A DNA stretch of 64,000 bases from Prochlorococcus sp. AG-363-P15 (GCA_003278175.1 QCGF01000001.1:16307-80306); one strand, 5' to 3'; positions 19,623-31,161 are shown, numbered from the stretch's first letter. Program-made: numbers and translations. Notes: a model not told the origin generated them from the sequence alone.

Positions 19623-22600
19623 TTAATTGTCTCCTAAAGTGACTAATTCACGTAATTCACTAGCGCCTAAACTTCCGAGCCAATCTTCACCTGAGCCAAT
19701 AATATCGTCAGCTAGTCTAGATTTTTCTTTAATCATTTGATCAATTTTTTCTTCTACTGATCCACTAGTAATAAATTTGTGCACCATGACTCTATTTTCT
19801 TGACCTATGCGATAGGCACGATCTGTTGCTTGATTTTCTACCGCAGGGTTCCACCAGCGATCTATGTGAAAGACATGATTGGCACGAGTCAAGTTTAGAC
19901 CTATCCCTCCTGCTTTAAGTGAAAGTAAGAAAATTTGTGGTCCACGAGGATCTTCTTGAAATCGATCAATCATGGCTTGTCTTTCTGTTTTAGTGGTACT
20001 TCCATATAAGAAGGGCACATCAAATCGCCATCTTTTTTGAAGGTATATTTGGAGTAGATGACCCCATTCTGCGAATTGAGTAAAGAGTAAAGCTCTATCT
20101 CCAGATTCAATTACCTCTTCTAAGATTTCCTCTAGTCTTTGTAGTTTGGCGGAACGAATTAAGAAATCTTTGTCAACAGTTTCTTCTTTAAGTGCTAAAG
20201 CAGGGTGATTACATATTTGCTTTAGGCGAGTTAGAAGTCCGAGAATTTTTCCATGTTTCTGCCCTCTTGGAGCCCTGGCAATTGCATCGAGTGTCTCTTC
20301 TACAGTTTTCTGGTAGAGACTTTGCTGTTCATTACTTAAGCCAACCCATTCACTAAGCTCGACTTTTTCTGGAAGGTCAGAGATAATGGCCTTATCTGTT
20401 TTTAGCCTTCGAAGAAGGAAAGGACTGACTCTTGCTTTTAGATCTTTGAGTGAAGAGATATCTCCATATCTCTCTATGGGTAGCCGATAGCGTTGATGAA
20501 AGAAATCTTCCTCTCCAAGGACATTAGGGTTAAGAAAGTCCATTAATGCCCATAATTCACTGACACGATTTTCTACTGGCGTACCTGTTAGAGCAATGCG
20601 AAAACGATTGCTTTTTCCAGTTTTAGCGATGTCACGTGTTGCTTGACTTTGTTTTGCATTTGAATTTTTAATGGCTTGTGCTTCATCAATGACTATCCCT
20701 TGCCAGTCGATTGCTTCTAATAGCTCACTATCCCTTTGCATTAGCCCATAGCTCGTTAACATAAGATCTATGTTTTTTAGGGACTGCTTTAACTTTGATG
20801 CAGTAGAAGGCCGTTTTGGTCCGTAGTGCTCACAAACTTGTAACTCAGGAGTGAAGGCTAGAGCTTCTCGCTTCCAATTGGTTAAGACAGATGTTGGTGC
20901 AATAAGTAGGACAGGTCGTTTGAGCTCTTTTTCAATTTTTAGGTGTTGTAGAAAAGCAAGAAGTTGGATTGTTTTTCCTAGGCCCATATCATCTGCTAAA
21001 CATGCTCCTTGATCGAATCGGTTTAGGAAAGCAAGCCATCCCAATCCACGCTCTTGATAAGGCCTTAATTGTCCATTAAAGCCTTCTGGGGCCGGCAATG
21101 GATCGGGTGCTTTTTGTTGGTGGTATTGCTCTAAAACACTTTGCAGTCTAGGTCCAGCTTCAAAGCGATGTACTGGTAATTTCATCAGTGACTCGCCTTC
21201 TGTTGCAGTTAATCTCAGAGCGTCATCCAGACTGATTTCGGGATTGGCATTGCAAAATAACTCTGCGTTCTTTAGATCGTTTGGGCGTAGTTCAATCCAA
21301 GCACCTTTGTGGTGAACTAATGGACTTTTTTTGCCTGCTAGTTGCTCTAGGTCATGGAGAGTTAAGCTTACGCCACCAATCATTAACTTCCATTCCCAAT
21401 CTAGGCTTTCACCAAGTGTGAATCCTTTCGATCTTTTTGAAAGTTCTGCTTTAATAGCTAGACCAAGGCGACTTGCCAATCCTCCAGAGAGACTTTGTGG
21501 CAGTTCAACTCCTACACCTACATCTCTGAGCTGAGAAGCGGCGGTTCGAACAAGTACAAAGGCTTCTGCAGGTGTTATCTGCATTGAGTTAGGTGTTGCA
21601 CTATCTAGACCTCTTTCAATTGGTTCGAAGACTGTCAGTGCTCGTCCTAACCCTTCTAAAAGTACTTCACCTGGATGTTCTACTTGAACTTCCCCTAGTT
21701 GTAAAAGTTTAGAGCCTGCTCCCCATGCTTTGGTGGCCGGTACTTTGAGCGTGGGATCTGCCTCAGCCTGTAATGCAAAGCGTAATTCCCAAAGGTCATT
21801 GTTTTCTGTAGGTGTAAATAATTCAAGACAAGCTCTTGCAGCGGCCACAGTTCCTGCAACACCTTCTCTCCAATGGTTGCTAGCTGTTGCCAGACGTGCT
21901 GCTTCTTCATCAGAGAGTGTTATGACTCCACTTTCTGATCCAAGTGCTTCCTGCCAAGTTGCAAGTAATGGGTCGAGGGATTCTGTATTAGGTTCAAATC
22001 CTTTGCGTAATTGTGCATCTACCAGCTCTTCTAAAAGGTTGGCGACGCGCAGACGTCCGCTGCGGGGCCTACATGAGGCAACTGGATTAGCTGCTCTCAT
22101 GGCTTCAGGCCTTAGCCTGGTTGTCCGGTTACTCCTTTTCCCAGTTGGTTCTCGCCATGGCAGAGCACAGGTTGCAACAAGAGGCAGTCCTGCTGCTAAT
22201 TCTTCTAGCCTACGTCGGTCATCTTCTCGATTGAGTAGGGGAACCCAGCGCGCACGATGAGGATAGCCTTCTCCTCTACTAAGTTCAACTTGTGGTAGCC
22301 AACGTCCACGAGCAATAATACTCAGGGCCCAACGTTGTAGATGACTCCACCACCTGAGCTCGTCACCTAGATCAGGCTGTCTTCCTGATAATGGGAGTTT
22401 TGATAGCCATGCTGTCGCTGCGGCTGGCTCCACTGCAAGCCCTTGTACTTGCCAGGGCCACCATTCACATTGCTTAGGAACAGGTTCTCCGGCTTGTAAT
22501 GGGAGTCCAGTCCAATTTGGCTTATCTAATTCTTCTGCTTTGGACTTTTCGTGAACTGTTTTTGTAGTATTTCTAGGCTTTAATGATCTACTAGGAAGAG

Positions 22601-22826
22601 TGAGGCAAGCAGTTGCATCGATGATGTCATTAGGCAACAAATCTTTTTCAATCAGCCATGAGCGCAAAGCTTTAGATTCGAGAGAAAAGGGGTGTAGTGC
22701 TGGGGTATCGCCTGGACTAGTTGGGGATGCGACGCGCCATGCATCAGCCCACACAAGAAGTGCTGGTCGACCAGAGCTGGTCGGAGTACGAATGGCCGGA
22801 AGCCAGGTGGCGTGCAGCAGGCTCAT
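19623..22826 (-). CDS. SNF2-family helicase/translocase
   Basis: LADDMGLGKT, DEAQ, LTGTPVEN, SLKAGGIGLNLT and WWNPAVENQATDRAYRIGQ. Confidence 0.96.
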   Translation of the reverse strand: MSLLHATWLPAIRTPTSSGRPALLVWADAWRVASPTSPGDTPALHPFSLESKALRSWLIEKDLLPNDIIDATACLTLPSRSLKPRNTTKTVHEKSKAEELDKPNWTGLPLQAGEPVPKQCEWWPWQVQGLAVEPAAATAWLSKLPLSGRQPDLGDELRWWSHLQRWALSIIARGRWLPQVELSRGEGYPHRARWVPLLNREDDRRRLEELAAGLPLVATCALPWREPTGKRSNRTTRLRPEAMRAANPVASCRPRSGRLRVANLLEELVDAQLRKGFEPNTESLDPLLATWQEALGSESGVITLSDEEAARLATASNHWREGVAGTVAAARACLELFTPTENNDLWELRFALQAEADPTLKVPATKAWGAGSKLLQLGEVQVEHPGEVLLEGLGRALTVFEPIERGLDSATPNSMQITPAEAFVLVRTAASQLRDVGVGVELPQSLSGGLASRLGLAIKAELSKRSKGFTLGESLDWEWKLMIGGVSLTLHDLEQLAGKKSPLVHHKGAWIELRPNDLKNAELFCNANPEISLDDALRLTATEGESLMKLPVHRFEAGPRLQSVLEQYHQQKAPDPLPAPEGFNGQLRPYQERGLGWLAFLNRFDQGACLADDMGLGKTIQLLAFLQHLKIEKELKRPVLLIAPTSVLTNWKREALAFTPELQVCEHYGPKRPSTASKLKQSLKNIDLMLTSYGLMQRDSELLEAIDWQGIVIDEAQAIKNSNAKQSQATRDIAKTGKSNRFRIALTGTPVENRVSELWALMDFLNPNVLGEEDFFHQRYRLPIERYGDISSLKDLKARVSPFLLRRLKTDKAIISDLPEKVELSEWVGLSNEQQSLYQKTVEETLDAIARAPRGQKHGKILGLLTRLKQICNHPALALKEETVDKDFLIRSAKLQRLEEILEEVIESGDRALLFTQFAEWGHLLQIYLQKRWRFDVPFLYGSTTKTERQAMIDRFQEDPRGPQIFLLSLKAGGIGLNLTRANHVFHIDRWWNPAVENQATDRAYRIGQENRVMVHKFITSGSVEEKIDQMIKEKSRLADDIIGSGEDWLGSLGASELRELVTLGDN

Positions 22827-23151
22827 GGCCGCGACGCGGAATTCATGTGAGGAGCAAACTCTACGAGAGTTTCTAATACTAATGATGCCAGTAGAGGAGC
22901 TTTCTCGTCATCTCGTTGAAGGCTTTTTTCTTGATTGGCATAATTAATTTCATAATATTCAGGCTATTTCATTTCTTGTATTCAGATTTAGTAATGGTTT
23001 ATAGACTTCTTAGATAGTCTCAGCAAATTTTATCCATTCTTACTAATTGATCATTTATTCCAGAAATAAGTTCAGGTTGATGAGGGCTTTCTGATTGGCC
23101 TTAGTGGGATGATGATTATTTTTTTGATATTTTGCATGTTGATCATGGCTG

Positions 23152-25860
23152 TTGGCCCTTTATCTCACGCCTAGTTGCGCTATGACCATTGAACGATCAT
23201 CTCAATTTTGCATGTCGCGACCTCGTACGGGAGAGGAGATAAGGAGTGCTTTTTTGGCATTTTTTTCTGAAAGAGGTCACCAGGTACTTCCTAGTGCTTC
23301 TTTAGTACCTGATGACCCTACGGTTCTTTTAACAATCGCAGGGATGTTGCCATTTAAGCCTGTTTTTTTGGGTCAACAGGAACGTCCAGCACCTAGAGCT
23401 ACTAGTAGTCAAAAGTGCATTCGAACGAATGATATTGAGAATGTAGGTCGTACGGCCAGACATCACACGTTCTTTGAGATGCTTGGGAATTTCTCTTTTG
23501 GTGATTATTTTAAGAAGGAAGCAATTCAGTGGGCTTGGGAACTCACTACTGAAGTTTTTGGTCTAGATCCAAAAAATCTTGTAGTGAGTGTTTTTCGTGA
23601 AGATGATGAGGCTGCGGAAATATGGCGTGATGTCGTAGGGATTAAACCTCAGCGAATTATTCGAATGGATGAGAAAGATAATTTTTGGGCTTCTGGGCCA
23701 ACAGGTCCATGTGGGCCATGTTCAGAGATCTATTACGACTTCAAGCCAGAGTTGGGAGATAAAGTGATTGACCTTGAGGACGACACTCGATTTATTGAAT
23801 TTTATAATTTGGTTTTTATGGAGTACAACCGCGATTCTTCAGGTATCTTAAACCCACTTGAGAATTGCAATATTGATACAGGCTTGGGTCTTGAGAGAAT
23901 GGCCCAGATCTTGCAAGGTGTTCCTAATAATTATGAAACTGATTTGATTTATCCTTTGATTGAGAAGGCAGCATTAATTGCATCTATTGACTATCAGACA
24001 TTAGATGAAAAAAGAAAGACATCTCTTAAAGTGATTGGTGATCATATTAGAGCTGTAACTCAGTTGATTTGTGATGGCGTTATCGCTAGCAATTTAGGTA
24101 GAGGATATATTTTGCGTCGGCTAATACGTCGAGTTGTTCGACATGGACGTTCAATTGGTATTGGAAAGCCATTTCTGGGTGAAATTGGGAATGTCGCTAT
24201 TCAGTTGATGCAATCAGTTTATCCACAATTGCTTGAACGACGTGATGTGATATTGCAGGAGTTGAAACGTGAAGAAGCGCGGTTTTTGGAAACTCTTGAT
24301 AGAGGAGAAAAGTTATTAGAGCATTTGTTGGAGCAAAAGCCTCAAGAAATTAGTGGTGAACAGGCTTTTGAGTTATATGATACCTATGGTTTCCCTTTGG
24401 AACTTACGCAAGAAATAGCAGAAGAACATCATTTGACTGTGGATGTTTTGGGATTTGAGAAAGCTATGGATGAACAGCGCCAGCGAGCGAAGTCCGCAAC
24501 TGTAAGTATTGACCTGACAGTACAGGATGCCATTGCCAAAATGGCACGTGATTTTGAGGCAACTAGTTTTCATGGGTACAAGTCTTTAAGGCATCATTCA
24601 ACTATTCAAGGGTTGGTTGTAAATGGAAATGCCTCTTTGCAGGGATGCACAGGAGATGAAGTACAGGTAGTTCTTGATTCCACTCCTTTTTATGCTGAAG
24701 GGGGTGGCCAAATTGGTGATTGCGGAGTCCTTGTTGGCATTGAGTCTGCTTTGGGTATGCCGATCGTAGAAGTTGAAAATGTTACTCGTAATGGAGAAAT
24801 CTACATTCATAGTGGCGTTATAAAAAGTGGAACTGTAAATATAGGTGACGTTGTGCAGAGTAAAGTTGACAATATTTCTCGATGTAGAGCTCAGGCAAAT
24901 CATACTGCTACACATCTTTTGCAATCGGCCCTGAAACAGGTGATTGACCCAGGTATTGGTCAAGCTGGATCATTAGTGAATTTTCATCGTTTACGTTTTG
25001 ACTTTCATTCCCCTCGTTCAATCACATCTAAGGAGTTAAAAGAGGTTGAACAGTTGATAAATACATGGATTGCGGGGTCTTATGAATTGGAAATAAAAGA
25101 GATGCCTATTGAAGATGCGAAATCACTTGGCGCTGTTGCAATGTTTGGTGAAAAATATGGAAATTTTGTGCGTGTTGTCGATGTGCCCGGAGTATCTATG
25201 GAACTATGTGGCGGTACTCATGTTTCAAATACATCGGAGATTGCTCTTTTCAAGATTATTTCCGAGACAGGTATCGCTTCAGGGATTCGCCGAATTGAAG
25301 CTGTTGCAGGCTTAGCAGTTTTGGATTATTTGGAAGAAAGAGATGTAGTTGTTAAGAGACTTGGTGAGCGCTTGAAGGCTCAACCATCTGAGATTGTCGA
25401 CCGGGTATTGGCTTTACAGGATGAATTAAAATGTACTGAAAAAGCTTTGGTAATGGCTAATCAACAATTAGCTATTACTAAGGCTTTAGCACTTTCAATG
25501 CATGCAGTTGCAATAGGTGACTTTCAATACCTTGTTGAACGCCTGGATGCTGTTGATGGAGAAGCTCTTCAGGCTGCTGCTCAGAAACTTGTAGATCACC
25601 TGGGTAAACATTCAGCAGTCATTCTTGGTGGTCTACCTGACCTTGATGATCAACGTAAAGTTGTTTTGGTTGCTGCTTTTGGGTCTGAAGTTGTTGCTAG
25701 CGGCCTAAAGGCCGGAAAGTTTATTGGTGCAATAGCTAAGGTGTGTGGTGGTGGCGGCGGTGGGAGACCACACTTAGCACAGGCAGGTGGACGAGATGGT
25801 AAGGCTCTTGATGGTGCACTTCATTTAGCTCGAGAGGAAATTGTTGCTGCTTTGACTTGA
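23152..25860 (+). CDS. alaS: Alanine--tRNA ligase
   Basis: RHHTFFEMLGNFSFGDYFK, editing-site HTATH and ELCGGTH, GGGGG DHHA tail. Start likely at 23182 or 23212. Confidence 0.99.
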   Translation: MALYLTPSCAMTIERSSQFCMSRPRTGEEIRSAFLAFFSERGHQVLPSASLVPDDPTVLLTIAGMLPFKPVFLGQQERPAPRATSSQKCIRTNDIENVGRTARHHTFFEMLGNFSFGDYFKKEAIQWAWELTTEVFGLDPKNLVVSVFREDDEAAEIWRDVVGIKPQRIIRMDEKDNFWASGPTGPCGPCSEIYYDFKPELGDKVIDLEDDTRFIEFYNLVFMEYNRDSSGILNPLENCNIDTGLGLERMAQILQGVPNNYETDLIYPLIEKAALIASIDYQTLDEKRKTSLKVIGDHIRAVTQLICDGVIASNLGRGYILRRLIRRVVRHGRSIGIGKPFLGEIGNVAIQLMQSVYPQLLERRDVILQELKREEARFLETLDRGEKLLEHLLEQKPQEISGEQAFELYDTYGFPLELTQEIAEEHHLTVDVLGFEKAMDEQRQRAKSATVSIDLTVQDAIAKMARDFEATSFHGYKSLRHHSTIQGLVVNGNASLQGCTGDEVQVVLDSTPFYAEGGGQIGDCGVLVGIESALGMPIVEVENVTRNGEIYIHSGVIKSGTVNIGDVVQSKVDNISRCRAQANHTATHLLQSALKQVIDPGIGQAGSLVNFHRLRFDFHSPRSITSKELKEVEQLINTWIAGSYELEIKEMPIEDAKSLGAVAMFGEKYGNFVRVVDVPGVSMELCGGTHVSNTSEIALFKIISETGIASGIRRIEAVAGLAVLDYLEERDVVVKRLGERLKAQPSEIVDRVLALQDELKCTEKALVMANQQLAITKALALSMHAVAIGDFQYLVERLDAVDGEALQAAAQKLVDHLGKHSAVILGGLPDLDDQRKVVLVAAFGSEVVASGLKAGKFIGAIAKVCGGGGGGRPHLAQAGGRDGKALDGALHLAREEIVAALT

Positions 25861-25862
25861 TT

Positions 25863-27809
25863 TTATTCCTGTAGATATGTGCTTTGGCGTAAACTACTTT
25901 CCAAATGATCCATAAGACGTTGCGCATCTTTGATTTTTAGAGTTCTTTTTTGGATTGCTTCTTCACTAGCTACTCGTAGTCTTTCAAGTATTATCTCTGG
26001 GTCATGGTCCATAGCTTGGAGCACATCTGACTTTGTATCTCCACGCACGACATGTTCTAGTTTATACCCGCCATTTGGGGCCATTCGAACATGTACTGAG
26101 TGAGTGCTTCCAAATAAATTATGGAGATTCCCCATCACTTCTTGATAAGCACCTCCGAGAAACATTCCTATCAGGTATTTCTCATTAGGTTTTAGCCTAT
26201 GCAGTTCTAGTAAGGATTTGACTTGTCCATTGTTGATAAATCTTGCAAGTTTGCCATCGGAATCACATGTAAGGTCGGCAAAATCTCCCAATTGTGTAGG
26301 TTCTTCTTCTAAGCGATGTATTGGCATAATTGGAAATAGTTGATCGATAGCCCATGTATCTGGTGCTGAGCGAAATATTGATAGATTTGCGTAGTAAGTC
26401 CCTGCAAGTGTTGCATATAGTTCCTTTAGATCTTCTGGGATTAGAGAGCAGTGAGGTAGGCGTTCATTCAAGGAGTGTGCAGAAGCCCAGGTGAGTTGTT
26501 CTGCTATAGCTCTTTCTTCTAGGTTGATGTATCCAAGTCGAAATGCATTTAGCGCATCGGTTTTGAATTTAATTGCATCATTCCATGCTTCTTGAAGCCT
26601 TGAACTATCAATTTGCTCATTGGTAGAGATTTCTTGGATCTCTTTCAATGTCTCACGTAAATTTCTAATTATCAGCGATTCGTTATTTTGGGCTGGTGGT
26701 ATTTCAGCAGGGACCTCACTTTTGCTAAGAACATTGAATATCAAAACTGAAAAATGACTTGCGATAGCTCGACCACTTTCACTAACTAAAGTAGGCATTT
26801 TAATACTATTAGACTCACAGCAATCCTTTATGGTTGCTACAACATCATTTGCGTAATTTTGGAGGGAGTAGTTTGTAGAGGCTTCAGTGGCTGTACGACT
26901 CCCATCATAGTCAATTCCTAATCCTCCACCTACGTCTAGATACCCCATTGGAGCGCCTAGACGATTTAATTCGATGTAGATTTGTCCTGCTTCTTGTAGG
27001 GAATCTTTAAGGATGGCAATATCATTTATTTGACTACCCACATGAAAATGTAGCAAACGTAGATCTTGTAGTAGCTGAGCAGAGCGTAATTTTTCTATGC
27101 TTTCAAGGATTTCAGGAATTGAGAGGCCGAATTTTGCTTTTTCTCCTATAGAGGCACCCCATCGACCACTACTTTCACTTGAAAGCTTAGCTCTAACTCC
27201 AATAAGTGGAGCCGCACCAAGTTCTCGACTGGCAGCAATGATACGCTCAACTTCGTCAAGTTGTTCTATTACTACGATTGGTTGGCGATTAAGTTGACGA
27301 GCCAGAATAGCCGTTTCTATATACCTTTGGTCTTTGTAGCCGTTGCAAATTAGCAATGCTTTTGAATTTTTTAGCAATGAAAGTGCGATTAATAGCTCTG
27401 CTTTGCTACCTGCTTCAAGACCAAAATGCCAGCGATGACCACATGCTATTACTTCTTCTACAACATGGCGTTGTTGATTGCATTTAATTGGAAAGACACC
27501 TTGATAGTGACCTTTGTAGTCGTATTGATTAATCGCATTTGCAAAAGCTTTGTGTAGTTGAGTTAACCTGTCTTCAAGAATGTCATCAAACCTTATTAAT
27601 AAAGGCATGGTTAGATTACGGCTCTCCAGTTCATTTACTAGGTCAAGTAAATCGAGGCCGGAATCTTTTGATCCTTTTGGACTGACATTGATATGTCCAT
27701 GATTGTTGATTGAAAAATATTTTTCTCCCCAACGATTTAGACCATATAAATTTGTGCTGTCTGAGACAGTCCAATTTTTCTTCTTTAGGTGGAGTTCAGT
27801 GTTACTCAA
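25863..27809 (-). CDS. speA: Biosynthetic arginine decarboxylase
   Basis: FPIKCNQ (PLP lysine), GLEAGSK, HFHVGSQ and TCDSDG. Confidence 0.97.
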   Translation of the reverse strand: MSNTELHLKKKNWTVSDSTNLYGLNRWGEKYFSINNHGHINVSPKGSKDSGLDLLDLVNELESRNLTMPLLIRFDDILEDRLTQLHKAFANAINQYDYKGHYQGVFPIKCNQQRHVVEEVIACGHRWHFGLEAGSKAELLIALSLLKNSKALLICNGYKDQRYIETAILARQLNRQPIVVIEQLDEVERIIAASRELGAAPLIGVRAKLSSESSGRWGASIGEKAKFGLSIPEILESIEKLRSAQLLQDLRLLHFHVGSQINDIAILKDSLQEAGQIYIELNRLGAPMGYLDVGGGLGIDYDGSRTATEASTNYSLQNYANDVVATIKDCCESNSIKMPTLVSESGRAIASHFSVLIFNVLSKSEVPAEIPPAQNNESLIIRNLRETLKEIQEISTNEQIDSSRLQEAWNDAIKFKTDALNAFRLGYINLEERAIAEQLTWASAHSLNERLPHCSLIPEDLKELYATLAGTYYANLSIFRSAPDTWAIDQLFPIMPIHRLEEEPTQLGDFADLTCDSDGKLARFINNGQVKSLLELHRLKPNEKYLIGMFLGGAYQEVMGNLHNLFGSTHSVHVRMAPNGGYKLEHVVRGDTKSDVLQAMDHDPEIILERLRVASEEAIQKRTLKIKDAQRLMDHLESSLRQSTYLQE

Positions 27810-27959
27810 GGTCTAGAGGGTTGAGTCAACTTTGAAAAGTTGATGGACTTTAAAGGAACCACCTCAAATAAAAGTTTGGTTACGTGACATGCTTTTGCTT
27901 TGCTTGCCAAGAAGGCAGTCTGCAGATGACGATGGCCTAATACAGAGTTTTTTATTTTC

Positions 27960-28418
27960 ATGGTTACTGAAAGAACTTTTGTTGCTATCAAACCTGACGG
28001 TGTGCAAAGAGGCTTGATAGGTGAAATTTTGGGTCGCTTTGAGAGAAAAGGGTTCAAGTTAGTGGCTCTGAAACAACTGATTCCAAGTCGTGAACTAGCT
28101 GAAAGGCATTATGGAGTGCATCGAGAGAGGCCTTTCTTTTCGGGACTAGTTAACTTTATTACTAGTGGCCCTGTGGTAGCAATGGTTTGGGAAGGTAATG
28201 GTGTTATTGCAAGTGCACGAAATCTTATTGGTGCGACAAAACCGCTGGAGGCAAATCCAGGTACTATTCGTGGCGACCTAGCTGTCAACATTGGACGTAA
28301 TGTGATTCATGGCTCAGATGGACCGGAGACTGCCTCTTTTGAGATAGGTCTTTGGTTCGAGCCTTCAGAAATTAACGATTGGACCCCTTCTGACCAAATT
28401 TGGCGAGTTGAGTCTTGA
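27960..28418 (+). CDS. ndk: Nucleoside diphosphate kinase
   Basis: [17 protein letters not shown] and NVIHGSD. Confidence 0.99.
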   Translation: MVTERTFVAIKPDGVQRGLIGEILGRFERKGFKLVALKQLIPSRELAERHYGVHRERPFFSGLVNFITSGPVVAMVWEGNGVIASARNLIGATKPLEANPGTIRGDLAVNIGRNVIHGSDGPETASFEIGLWFEPSEINDWTPSDQIWRVES

Positions 28419-28464
28419 ATGTTTAATTGTTTGGAAATATTGTCATTAATTAAGTTGGGAAATT

Positions 28465-29589
28465 TTAATTAATAACAGCAAATCTATTCCAAGTAAATTT
28501 TTCCAATAATTGACTTTCTGAGATGCTTAGTTGTTTTTTGCAAATGCATTTAACAATTAATTCAGCTGTGATTGCTGCAAGCAACACGCCATTTCGATAA
28601 TGGCCTGTTGCTAACCATAAGCCTTTCAAAAGATAAGGCCCTAATAAAGGATTTTTATCAGGAGTACAGGGTCTGAAACCCCACCATCGCTCCATTTGAG
28701 GCCATTGACTTGCTTGTGGAAAGAGCTCATGAATGCCTTGGTGAAGTTGTGACTGACCATCAGGTGTTAACCCTTCTTGAAACTTTGCATTTTTTTCACT
28801 GGTAGCTCCAATGACTACTAGGCCATCTGTTCTTGGCACCATATATGTTCCTGGTCCATAAAGAATTCTATTGAGTGATTCTTTGGGGCCTTGAAGCGAC
28901 ATCATTTGACCTTTGACAGGAAAGACTGGGATTGATGAAAAGATCTGGTTGCTCCATGCGCCACCACATAAAACAGCTTTTTCCCCAAGAATTTTTTCAA
29001 TTTTTCCTTCTGCATTGAGGACCCTTACCCCTTTAAATTCTTTTTCGTCATGAAGTAACTCAAGAACTTCTATACCTTCTTGGAATTGAACACCCATTGC
29101 AACACAAGCTTTCTCTAAGGCTCGCATTAATTGACGACGATTATCTATTTGTCCATCTTGATTGAACAGGAGAGCCGTTTTCCATTTTGACGCAATTCCT
29201 GGTAATTCATTCTCCAATTCTGTCCGGTCAAGCTTGTGACCAAAAGGGGCGCATAGATGCTTATCTCTTTCTTCACTTGAAGAGAATGGAACAATTGTTC
29301 CGCATTTTTTGAGTCCACAGTCAATTCCACTGTCATTTTCAATTCTCTTAACCCATTTTGGTATTAGGTCTAGGCTTAATTGGCTTAGTTTGAGTAGGTC
29401 CCCTGTCAGGCCTTCGGCATAGGGCGCAAGCATCCCTGCTGCTACGAAGCCAGCTGCCTCGCTTCTGCGGCGGCTTAGTATTTCAACGGTAAGACCGTGG
29501 CGGGCTAATTCATAAGCGACTGCTAGACCCATTAGTCCTCCGCCAATGATTAATAATGGTTCTTTCTTGGATGAAGACATATTTATCAT
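28465..29589 (-). CDS. thiO: Glycine oxidase
   Basis: GGGLMG FAD motif, AAGMLAP and ATGHYRNGVLL. Confidence 0.92.
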   Translation of the reverse strand: MINMSSSKKEPLLIIGGGLMGLAVAYELARHGLTVEILSRRRSEAAGFVAAGMLAPYAEGLTGDLLKLSQLSLDLIPKWVKRIENDSGIDCGLKKCGTIVPFSSSEERDKHLCAPFGHKLDRTELENELPGIASKWKTALLFNQDGQIDNRRQLMRALEKACVAMGVQFQEGIEVLELLHDEKEFKGVRVLNAEGKIEKILGEKAVLCGGAWSNQIFSSIPVFPVKGQMMSLQGPKESLNRILYGPGTYMVPRTDGLVVIGATSEKNAKFQEGLTPDGQSQLHQGIHELFPQASQWPQMERWWGFRPCTPDKNPLLGPYLLKGLWLATGHYRNGVLLAAITAELIVKCICKKQLSISESQLLEKFTWNRFAVIN

Positions 29590-29680
29590 TTCTTATAGTG
29601 TCTTTTATTGTTTGTAGATCAGTCTGCCGATATTCGTCGACAGGCAATGCCAAAAGATTTTTAAATCTTTTTCGATAGTT

Positions 29681-31156
29681 ATGCCAGAGTTATGTGGTTC
29701 TTGGGAAGCTGTTATTGGTCTTGAGACCCATGTGCAGCTAGGTACCAATAGCAAAATATTCACCTCAGCCTCCACTGCGTTTGGTGATGATCCCAATACA
29801 CATATTGACCCTATTGTTTGTGGCCTTCCAGGGACTCTTCCAGTATTGAATCAGAAGGTGCTTGAGTATGCAGTGAAGGCAGCAATGGCGTTGAATTTGA
29901 ATATTTCTCAACACAGTAAATTTGATAGAAAACAATATTTCTACCCTGATTTACCTAAGAATTATCAGATTTCACAGTTTGATGAACCGATTGCGGAAGA
30001 TGGATGGATTGAAGTAGAGGTTGCTGAAAAGGGTAAGGAGACTTACCTCAAAAAAATCGGCATCGAGCGTCTTCATATGGAAGAAGATGCAGGAAAGTTG
30101 GTACATGCAGGAAGTGATCGCCTTGCGGGTTCAACGCATTCGTTAGTTGATTACAACCGGGCTGGTGTTGCATTGGCTGAAATTGTTAGCAAACCTGACT
30201 TGCGAACGGGGAGGGAGGCAGCGGAGTACGCAGCAGAAATTCGTCGCATTATGCGTTATTTGGGAGTTTCTGATGGCAACATGCAAGAGGGTTCATTGCG
30301 TTGTGATGTAAACATTTCCATTAGGCCTGGCCCTGAGGAACCATTCGGTACAAAGGTAGAGATAAAAAATATGAACTCATTTTCTGCAATACAAAAAGCT
30401 TGTGAGTATGAGATTCAACGTCAGACTAGGGCCTATGAAGCAGGTGAAACTGTTGTCCAGGAAACTCGTTTATGGGATGAAGGTAAGCAGTTGACTAAAA
30501 GCATGCGTTCTAAAGAAGGCAGTAGTGATTATAGATATTTTCCTGATCCTGATTTAGGACCTATAGAAGTGAGTAAGGAACTTCGTCAAAGTTGGCATGC
30601 AGAACTACCAGAGTTACCTGCTGCGAAACGTCATCGTTACGCTGAGAAGTTAGGTCTATCTTCATATGACGCTCGTGTATTGACTGAAGAACTATCAATG
30701 GCTAATTATTTTGAGGCTGTTGTAGAAGTAGGAGTAGATCCAAAAGCTGCATCAAATTGGATTTCTGGAGACATTGCAGCCTATGTCAATTCAAACAGAT
30801 TGAATTATGCAAAGTTGGCGTTTAAACCAGAGCAGCTAGCTGAAATGATCCAGATGATTGATAGCGGCAAAATTAGTGGCAAGATTGCGAAAGAAATTTT
30901 GCCAGAATTGCTCAGTCATGGTGGATCCCCAAAAGAGATTGTTGAGCAAAGAGGCTTAGGAATGATAAGTGACCCTGAAGTGATAATTGCGATTGTGGAA
31001 GAGTTACTTTCTGCTTTTCCGAATGAAGTAGATGCTTTCAGAGGAGGAAAGAAAAAGCTTCAAGGCTTTTTCGTTGGTCAGTTGATGAAACAAACTGGAG
31101 GCAAAGCCGATCCAAAGTTAGCCAATCAAATTCTTAGTCAAAAGTTGCAGGGGTGA
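29681..31156 (+). CDS. gatB: Asp/Glu-tRNA amidotransferase subunit B
   Basis: IGLETHVQL, YFYPDLPKNYQISQ, RCDVN and YRYFPDPD. Confidence 0.99.
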   Translation: MPELCGSWEAVIGLETHVQLGTNSKIFTSASTAFGDDPNTHIDPIVCGLPGTLPVLNQKVLEYAVKAAMALNLNISQHSKFDRKQYFYPDLPKNYQISQFDEPIAEDGWIEVEVAEKGKETYLKKIGIERLHMEEDAGKLVHAGSDRLAGSTHSLVDYNRAGVALAEIVSKPDLRTGREAAEYAAEIRRIMRYLGVSDGNMQEGSLRCDVNISIRPGPEEPFGTKVEIKNMNSFSAIQKACEYEIQRQTRAYEAGETVVQETRLWDEGKQLTKSMRSKEGSSDYRYFPDPDLGPIEVSKELRQSWHAELPELPAAKRHRYAEKLGLSSYDARVLTEELSMANYFEAVVEVGVDPKAASNWISGDIAAYVNSNRLNYAKLAFKPEQLAEMIQMIDSGKISGKIAKEILPELLSHGGSPKEIVEQRGLGMISDPEVIIAIVEELLSAFPNEVDAFRGGKKKLQGFFVGQLMKQTGGKADPKLANQILSQKLQG

Positions 31157-31161
31157 GAGAA

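Noticed and set aside
21331-22947. Long antisense ORFs within SNF2, with similar ones in dctM, argJ and the HldE-like gene
   Set aside because: Shadow frames of well-supported genes, with no independent motifs.
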